From: Candidatus Latescibacterota bacterium
GTDB taxonomy: Bacteria > Latescibacterota > UBA2968
NCBI GenBank assembly: GCA_003526745.1
Contig: DPVD01000106.1
Location: 3,664-60,745, forward strand
DNA: 57,082 bases
Direction of reading: 5' to 3'
Below the pieces are notes generated by a model, which made no database searches, was not told the DNA's origin, and saw only the letters and a program-made list of their open reading frames with translations. The position numbers and the translations under genes are program-made. The first letter of the stretch is position 1. Every line of letters begins with the position of its first letter. Positions 51,083 to 57,082 of the stretch are shown here, one piece after another.

Positions 51083-51757
51083 AAAATATTGTTTTTAATG
51101 GCCTTTTTGGCTTAGGACGTCTGGGACACACAAGGCACGTTTGCCGAACTTTAATCTTACACATCCCTTGGGGCAAGAAGACCTTGGAAAGTGCACAAAA
51201 ATTTAGGTTTGAGCCATGGGGTTGTCAACCGGACGACACGCCCAGTTATATTGTGTTTGATGAACGATTTTCATTTCATTGCAGTCTTCTGGCTATATCC
51301 TAAGTTTCATAAATATATGGCATTTAGACTTTTTTACAGAGGTCTGTCACACTGGTCCGAATATTCAATCCATTCAAAAAGGTAGCGGTAATCGCAGGAG
51401 AAACACCATCGAGAAAATCCTTACAGATTTTGCTCAGATGGGGTCGAATTTCGTCAATTGGAGCTAGCAAACGGTGAGAAGGCTGACGAGGATATGGATC
51501 GTGAGTTTCAAGCACGGTGACGATGTCCTCCTTCAGAACAAGCATTGCCGCGAGATCCATAACTCCCTGAACGGCCTGATCACCCATGTCGAAAGTCAGA
51601 CAAGATAGACCACTCGGGCCAGTCAGTAGTCAGCCCATTAAATCTACAAGTAAGAAATAAAATCTGTATCTTTTCAGTCTCTGGAGTTTGATCCGCCGGA
51701 TCGCACCGACCGTTGGCCTACATCCGGTATTCATCAAACTCGGAATTGGAGATCGCA

Positions 51758-52636
51758 ATGTCTAGACTGAAGATGGGGCTTCCGTCAGGAAGCCTGCAGG
51801 AATCCACGATCAGCCTTTTCGCACGAGCTGGTTACAAAATCAGAGTCAGCCCTCGATCCTACACGCCTTCCATCGACGACCCTGAGCTCGAAGGACTGCT
51901 TCTACGTGCCCAGGAGATGGCACGGTACGTCGAGCGAGGTGTATTGGATGTAGGACTAACAGGGCTCGATTGGATCCAGGAAAACGACGCTGATGTCGTT
52001 GAGATTGCCGAACTCGCTTACAGCAAGACCACTGCAATGCCCGCCCGATGGGTGGTTGCTGTGCCTGAGGACTCGCCGATCAAGACGGTCTCCGACCTGA
52101 ACGGCAAGCGCATTGCGACAGAGCTCGTCAACGTTACACAAAAATGGCTGGCTTCTAAAGGCGTTGAAGCGGAGGTCGAGTACTCATTCGGATCCACGGA
52201 AGCGAAGGTCAAGCAAGAGGGCATGGTCCACGCGATCGTAGAGATCACGGAAACAGGATCATCGATCCGTGCTAATAAGCTGCGAATCGTCGATACCATG
52301 ATGCAGACGACCACCCGATTCATCATGAACAAGCAAGCGTGGGATAATCCGTGGAAGCGTGAGAAGACCAAAAGGATCGCAAATCTTCTCGTCGGAGCTT
52401 TCCAGGCTGAGGACAAAGTCGGCCTGAAGATGAACCTTCGACGAGACAACGTCGACAAGGTTGTCGGTCAGCTTCCGGCACTCAACAACCCCACCATCTC
52501 GAACCTGCTGGACGACGAATGGGTGGCGATCGAAGTGATCGTCGACGAGAGCACGGTCCGTGACATCATTCCCAATCTCTTGGACGCAGGCGCCGAAGGG
52601 ATCATCGAGTATCCGCTGAACAAGGTCATCTACTAG
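51758..52636 (+). CDS. hisG: ATP phosphoribosyltransferase, long form
   Basis: ORF 51713..52636; start ATG 51758 after GGAG ([28 protein letters not shown]). 292 aa including a C-terminal regulatory domain. Confidence 0.92.
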   Translation: MSRLKMGLPSGSLQESTISLFARAGYKIRVSPRSYTPSIDDPELEGLLLRAQEMARYVERGVLDVGLTGLDWIQENDADVVEIAELAYSKTTAMPARWVVAVPEDSPIKTVSDLNGKRIATELVNVTQKWLASKGVEAEVEYSFGSTEAKVKQEGMVHAIVEITETGSSIRANKLRIVDTMMQTTTRFIMNKQAWDNPWKREKTKRIANLLVGAFQAEDKVGLKMNLRRDNVDKVVGQLPALNNPTISNLLDDEWVAIEVIVDESTVRDIIPNLLDAGAEGIIEYPLNKVIY

Positions 52637-52640
52637 TCCC

Positions 52641-53945
52641 GTGCTCGACCCAATCCCCTATAACCCTTCCTCTCTGGACTCGAAACTCCGCGACATCCTC
52701 GCGCGACAGATCGAATTCACACCCGAGCTCGAAGCCTCGGTCAACCACATCGTCAGTGAAGTCGAATCGCACGGCGACAGCGCCGTGCTGGCCTTCACAA
52801 AGGAATTCGACAGGGTCGACCTGACCGCCGACCAGCTGGTCGTCAGCAATACGGAACTGGACGCCGCGGCCCGGAAAGCCGACCCGGCGCTTGTCAGGGT
52901 GATCGAGGAAGCCGCCGAGAACATCCACAGGTTTCACGGCAACCAGAAACGCAAATCTTGGCAAGTCGATGACGGAGACGGGGTTGTGTTGGGCAAAAAA
53001 ATCGTCCCGATTGAACGAGTCGGCCTTCTTGTGCCAGGAGCAAGCGCACCTCTCTTTTCTACGCTCCTGATGGCTGCCATACCGGCAAAGATCGCCGGAT
53101 GCGATCACATCGCCGTGGCCACACCCCCGCAGCCGGATGGAGACATTCACCCGTCCGTCCTAGCTGCTGCAAAGATCGCCGATGTTGACCGAGTCTACAG
53201 GGCCTTCGGCGCGCAGGCCGTGGCTGCCCTGGCTTATGGGACCGAGTCATTCACGCCCGTCGACAAGCTCGTAGGACCGGGACATCCCGTCGTCCAGATC
53301 GCCAAGAAACGCGTCTTCGGCCGCGTAGACATCGACATGGTCGCCGGTCCTAGCGAAATCGTGGTCGTCGCAGACAGCTCGGCGAACGCAAAGCACGTTG
53401 CAGCGGACATGCTCTCGCAAGCAGAGCATGGTAGTGGCTACGAGGCTGCCGTTTGCGTCACACCCGATCCCGACCTTGCTGCGGCCGTTGCCGAGGAGCT
53501 CGACCGCCAACTGGCCGACCTCTCGCACAGAGAAGCAGCACAAACCGCTCTCTCCCGGTATGGCGCGATCGTAACGGTCGACGATCTGGGCCAGGCCTCG
53601 GAGCTGGTCAACCGCATCGCCCCCGAGCACGTCGAACTGATCGTCGAGGATCCATGGGAAATCCAGTCCGGGATCAGACACGCCGGTGCCATCTTCCTGG
53701 GAGCAGCTTCGAGCGAACCCGTCGGCGACTACTACGCGGGAACGAACCACATCCTGCCGACAGCCGGTGCTGCACGATACGCCTCTTCTGTCGGGGTTGA
53801 CACCTTCCTCAAGGACATCAGCCTCATCTCGTACACGAGCCATCGACTAAAGAGGGTCGCCGGATCGATCGTACAGATGGCAGAGGCAGAGGGTTTGGAC
53901 GGACACGCCAACGCCATCAGAGTCAGACTACAGTCTCCGGAATGA
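52641..53945 (+). CDS. hisD: histidinol dehydrogenase
   Basis: 434 aa, GTG start 4 nt after the hisG stop. GPGHPVVQIAKKRVFGRVDIDMVAGPSEIVVVAD, SQAEHG, APEHVEL. Confidence 0.93.
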   Translation: MLDPIPYNPSSLDSKLRDILARQIEFTPELEASVNHIVSEVESHGDSAVLAFTKEFDRVDLTADQLVVSNTELDAAARKADPALVRVIEEAAENIHRFHGNQKRKSWQVDDGDGVVLGKKIVPIERVGLLVPGASAPLFSTLLMAAIPAKIAGCDHIAVATPPQPDGDIHPSVLAAAKIADVDRVYRAFGAQAVAALAYGTESFTPVDKLVGPGHPVVQIAKKRVFGRVDIDMVAGPSEIVVVADSSANAKHVAADMLSQAEHGSGYEAAVCVTPDPDLAAAVAEELDRQLADLSHREAAQTALSRYGAIVTVDDLGQASELVNRIAPEHVELIVEDPWEIQSGIRHAGAIFLGAASSEPVGDYYAGTNHILPTAGAARYASSVGVDTFLKDISLISYTSHRLKRVAGSIVQMAEAEGLDGHANAIRVRLQSPE

Positions 53946-55012
53946 GTGTGAAAGCGATTAAACGTATTCGTCCCGAGGTCCGGGCGATCGATGGGTATCA
54001 CTTGGTCGCTTATGACTGCGCGGTCAAGCTCAACCAGAACGAGAGCCCATTCGACGTCCCACCTCACGTCAAGGACCGGATCCTTGCCCGGATCCGCAAT
54101 CTCCAGTGGTCTCGATATCCCGAGCCTATGCCACAGGATCTAGTCCAGGCGGCAGCGTCTTATGTCGGTTTTGCGCCAGAGCAGGTCATGGTAGCCAATG
54201 GATCGAACTCGATCATTCAACACATCCTGAACGCTATCGTGGCGCCAGGCGTTTCCGTCGCCATTCCTTCTCCGAGCTTCTCTCTCTATGGCCAGTTCAC
54301 CGAGATCCTCGGTGGCACACCGATCTACGTAGGGCTCGACGAAAGCTTCGGCTACGATACGGTTGCCCTAAACGAAGCGGCAGCATCGGGTGTATCCGCA
54401 GTCATTATCTGTTCGCCCAACAACCCAACGGGATGCGACATATCGAACGACGATCTTGCAGTGCTCCTCGAGGCAACGGATGCGCTTGTCGTCGTCGACG
54501 AAGCCTACGCCGAATTCAACGACCACTCCGCCCTCGATCTCCTGAGCGCTCACGACAACCTGATCATCCTGAAGACGCTCTCTAAGGCGTTCGGCGCTGC
54601 GGCGATCCGAATTGGCTGTCTGATCGCGCATCCCGACATCGTGGACGAAATCCACAAGATCAAGCTGCCATTCGATATCAACCTCTTCTCCCGGGTCGCA
54701 GCCATCGAGCTGTTGAGCGATCGAGAACAAATCGAGCAGAACGTAGCTTACGTCGTTGAGGAGCGGGATCGAGTCTTTGATCAATTGAGCGGGATACGCG
54801 GGATCACAGCTTACCCCTCGAAGGCGAATCTCATCCTGTTCGAAGTTGAAGACCCCGGATCAGTGTTCGAACAACTGGCCGAGAAGGGCGTGTTGATCCG
54901 AAACGTATCCGGCTATCCGGGACTCGCGAACGGTCTTAGAACGTGCATCGGGACGCGTGAAGAGAACGACGCCTTCCTAAGTGCCCTGGAATCGATCATG
55001 GAGCTGGCTTGA
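53942..55012 (+). CDS. hisC: histidinol-phosphate aminotransferase
   Basis: 356 aa with an ATGA overlap with hisD. KLNQNESPFDVP, CSPNNPTG, and the PLP-lysine context LKTLSKAFGAAAIRIG. Confidence 0.92.
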   Translation: MSVKAIKRIRPEVRAIDGYHLVAYDCAVKLNQNESPFDVPPHVKDRILARIRNLQWSRYPEPMPQDLVQAAASYVGFAPEQVMVANGSNSIIQHILNAIVAPGVSVAIPSPSFSLYGQFTEILGGTPIYVGLDESFGYDTVALNEAAASGVSAVIICSPNNPTGCDISNDDLAVLLEATDALVVVDEAYAEFNDHSALDLLSAHDNLIILKTLSKAFGAAAIRIGCLIAHPDIVDEIHKIKLPFDINLFSRVAAIELLSDREQIEQNVAYVVEERDRVFDQLSGIRGITAYPSKANLILFEVEDPGSVFEQLAEKGVLIRNVSGYPGLANGLRTCIGTREENDAFLSALESIMELA

Positions 55013-56406
55013 GCAAGCCGACTGACATCCGACCTGTGTTCACGACCGTTTACTTTCTGCCGGTCGACACACGTATCCCCTACCGCTTCGGCACGGAGGA
55101 GCTCAAGAGCGTAGTGTGCATTAGGGCGCGAATCGAGGCGGAGTCAGCCTCGGGCGACCGCACAGTAGGATGGGGTGAAGCGCCTCTGAGCGCACAATGG
55201 GCCTGGCCGAGCAAGTCGAGCTTCCTGGATCGCCAAGAGGCGATGACGGCACTCTGCCTCGAGCTTGGACGGCAGTGGTCATCGCTGCAGGAATCCGGTC
55301 ACCCGATAGAGGTAGGTCACACTTTCCTGAGAGACGTTCTCCCTGGTCTGCTCGAAACCTTCAACCGAGATCGCGAGGAGATAATGCCCTGGCTTGCGGC
55401 CCTCGTCTGCAACTCGGCTTTCGATCTCGCCTTCCACGATGCCTATGGCCGTTGCCACGGCCTGCCCATCTACGACACATATGGCCCCGAGCACCTGAAC
55501 CGTGACCTTTCTCACTACCTGACACCGGGAAGAGACACTGACGCAACCTTCGAAGGTCGATACCCTTCGGACTTCCTGATTTCGTCTCGCCCAGAGATAG
55601 TCCCTGCGTGGCACGCCATAGGTGGCAATGACCTGCTTTCGGCCGACGAGCGCACTGGAGAAGAGCCAGACGACGAATATCCCGTCGTCCTCGATGATTG
55701 GATTCGACGCGATGGACTCAACTGTCTTAAGATTAAGCTGACTGGACAGGAAGACGGCTGGGACTACAACCGGATTGTCCGCATCGGGAAGATCGCTGAC
55801 GAATACGATGTCGATTGGCTGTGCACGGACTTCAACTGTACGGTTGAAACCGTCGAATATGTGAACGATATCCTCGACCGATTGCTAGCTGATCATCCGA
55901 AGACTTACCAGAAGATCCTGTATGTCGAGCAGCCCTTTCCATACGATCTCGAGCAGAACGAGATTGATGCACACAGCGTGTCGGCTCGGAAGCCCCTTTT
56001 TATGGACGAGAGCGCGCACGACTGGCGGCTCCTTGACATCGGTCGGGACAGAGGCTGGACAGGGGTCGCACTCAAGACCTGCAAGACGCAGACAGTCGCT
56101 ATCCTGTCCATGTGCTGGGCTCGTGCCCACGGAATGGGTCTGATGGTCCAAGACCTAACCAACCCGATGCTCGCTCAGATTCCCCATGTCCTTTTGGCAG
56201 CGCATTCGGGCACGGTCATGGGGCTCGAAACCAACAGCATGCAGTTCTATCCGAACGCCTCACGACTCGAGGCTGCCGTTCACCCCGGCGTCTACACTCG
56301 CTCGGACGGCGTGCTTAATCTATCGACTGTTACGGGTAGTGGTTTCGGATACGAAGTCGAACAAATCGGGCGGGAGCTGCCCGAACCTGCAGCAACATTC
56401 GAATAG
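55009..56406 (+). CDS. enolase-superfamily protein (mandelate racemase / muconate lactonizing enzyme-like)
   Basis: 465 aa; the TTG start overlaps the hisC stop (TTGA). Barrel motifs occur in order: KIKL (KxK), TDFN, VEQP, MDES, LKTCKT. These correspond to the acid/base residues and three metal ligands of the MR/MLE fold. Confidence 0.75.
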   Translation: MSKPTDIRPVFTTVYFLPVDTRIPYRFGTEELKSVVCIRARIEAESASGDRTVGWGEAPLSAQWAWPSKSSFLDRQEAMTALCLELGRQWSSLQESGHPIEVGHTFLRDVLPGLLETFNRDREEIMPWLAALVCNSAFDLAFHDAYGRCHGLPIYDTYGPEHLNRDLSHYLTPGRDTDATFEGRYPSDFLISSRPEIVPAWHAIGGNDLLSADERTGEEPDDEYPVVLDDWIRRDGLNCLKIKLTGQEDGWDYNRIVRIGKIADEYDVDWLCTDFNCTVETVEYVNDILDRLLADHPKTYQKILYVEQPFPYDLEQNEIDAHSVSARKPLFMDESAHDWRLLDIGRDRGWTGVALKTCKTQTVAILSMCWARAHGMGLMVQDLTNPMLAQIPHVLLAAHSGTVMGLETNSMQFYPNASRLEAAVHPGVYTRSDGVLNLSTVTGSGFGYEVEQIGRELPEPAATFE

Positions 56407-56413
56407 GATCAGG

Positions 56414-57001
56414 ATGTCACGGCAAGCTACAATCACGAGAAAGACGACCGAGACGGATATTCGTCTCGACTTGAAGATCGACGGATCGGGCAACTGCGAG
56501 ACCTCGACAGGGATCGGGTTCTTCGACCACATGCTCACCGCACTCGCCCGGCACGGTCAGCTCGACCTGAAGGTAGACTGCAGCGGGGACCTGGATGTCG
56601 ATGCACACCACACCGTCGAGGATGTCGGAATCTGTTTAGGCCAGGCCTTCGATGAAGCGCTGGGCGACAAAGCGGGCATTACCCGTTTCGCATCTGCCTA
56701 CGTAACAATGGATGAGGCTCTAGCGCGTGCTGCCGTCGACTTCTCTGGGCGCCCTTATCTGTTTATCGACGCCGCCTTCGACGAGGAAATGATCGGAGCC
56801 TTCCCTTCTGCACTGACCGAGGAGTTCCTCAGAAGCCTCTCGGACCACGCAAGAATCAACCTGCACATCGACCTGATCCGGGGATCGAACGCACACCACA
56901 GCGTTGAAGCGATTTTCAAAGCTGCGGCCCGAGCCATCCGAACGGCCGTCGCTCCGGACCCTGGTGTCAAGGACATCCCGTCCACAAAGGGTGTCCTCTA
57001 G
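56414..57001 (+). CDS. hisB: imidazoleglycerol-phosphate dehydratase (monofunctional)
   Basis: ORF 56186..57001; start ATG 56414, 7 nt after the previous stop. RKTTETDIRLDLKIDGSG, GIGFFDHML, DAHHTVEDVGI, GSNAHHSVEAIFKA. No N-terminal phosphatase domain. Confidence 0.93.
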   Translation: MSRQATITRKTTETDIRLDLKIDGSGNCETSTGIGFFDHMLTALARHGQLDLKVDCSGDLDVDAHHTVEDVGICLGQAFDEALGDKAGITRFASAYVTMDEALARAAVDFSGRPYLFIDAAFDEEMIGAFPSALTEEFLRSLSDHARINLHIDLIRGSNAHHSVEAIFKAAARAIRTAVAPDPGVKDIPSTKGVL

Positions 57002-57082
57002 CCCTCTACAGCCGCCCTCCAAGTGCATCAGCCGGGCGGATCTCCTTGAGAAAAAACAGGAGTGGTCTGCGTCCGGCAGGAC

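Noticed and set aside
1-57082. CRISPR arrays, rRNA genes, transposases or IS elements, prophage genes
   Set aside because: No regularly spaced direct repeats, rRNA signatures, transposase motifs or phage structural genes were seen on either strand.

Overview
57 kb chromosomal segment from a moderately GC-rich bacterium, densely packed with about 50 genes. It has one tRNA (Gln-UUG) and no rRNA, CRISPR array or recognisable mobile element. All family calls come from motif recognition by eye on the supplied ORF track; start codons are my best reading and several are uncertain. Most of the window is housekeeping. This includes rpsF-rpsR-rplI, a same-strand run ispE / tRNA-Gln / rplY / pth / hppA, uvrC-ogt-xerD, and a hisG-D-C-X-B operon. 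It also includes transporters (SulP, AGCS, an ABC exporter with a DUF1854 partner), a Crp regulator, a sigma-54 activator, HtrA, an FGE and a COG3044-type ATPase. The standout is a complete six-gene minus-strand operon at 14303..20862: mpa/arc, dop, a 60-aa ubiquitin-like modifier, prcB, prcA and pafA. The modifier is basic and ends ...YRQRTGE, which matches my recollection of the UBact type rather than actinobacterial Pup. The genome context looks Gram-negative (diderm): two neighbouring secreted proteins carry T9SS/FlgD-Ig-type C-terminal sorting domains, and a sigma-54 enhancer-binding protein is present. Secondary points of interest: a 1511-aa surface protein with dockerin-like and cohesin-like modules in one chain; an enolase-superfamily gene translationally coupled inside the his operon; an archaeal-type TrmY homologue; a candidate sigma-54 promoter in front of htrA; and several long unexplained non-coding or AT-rich stretches.
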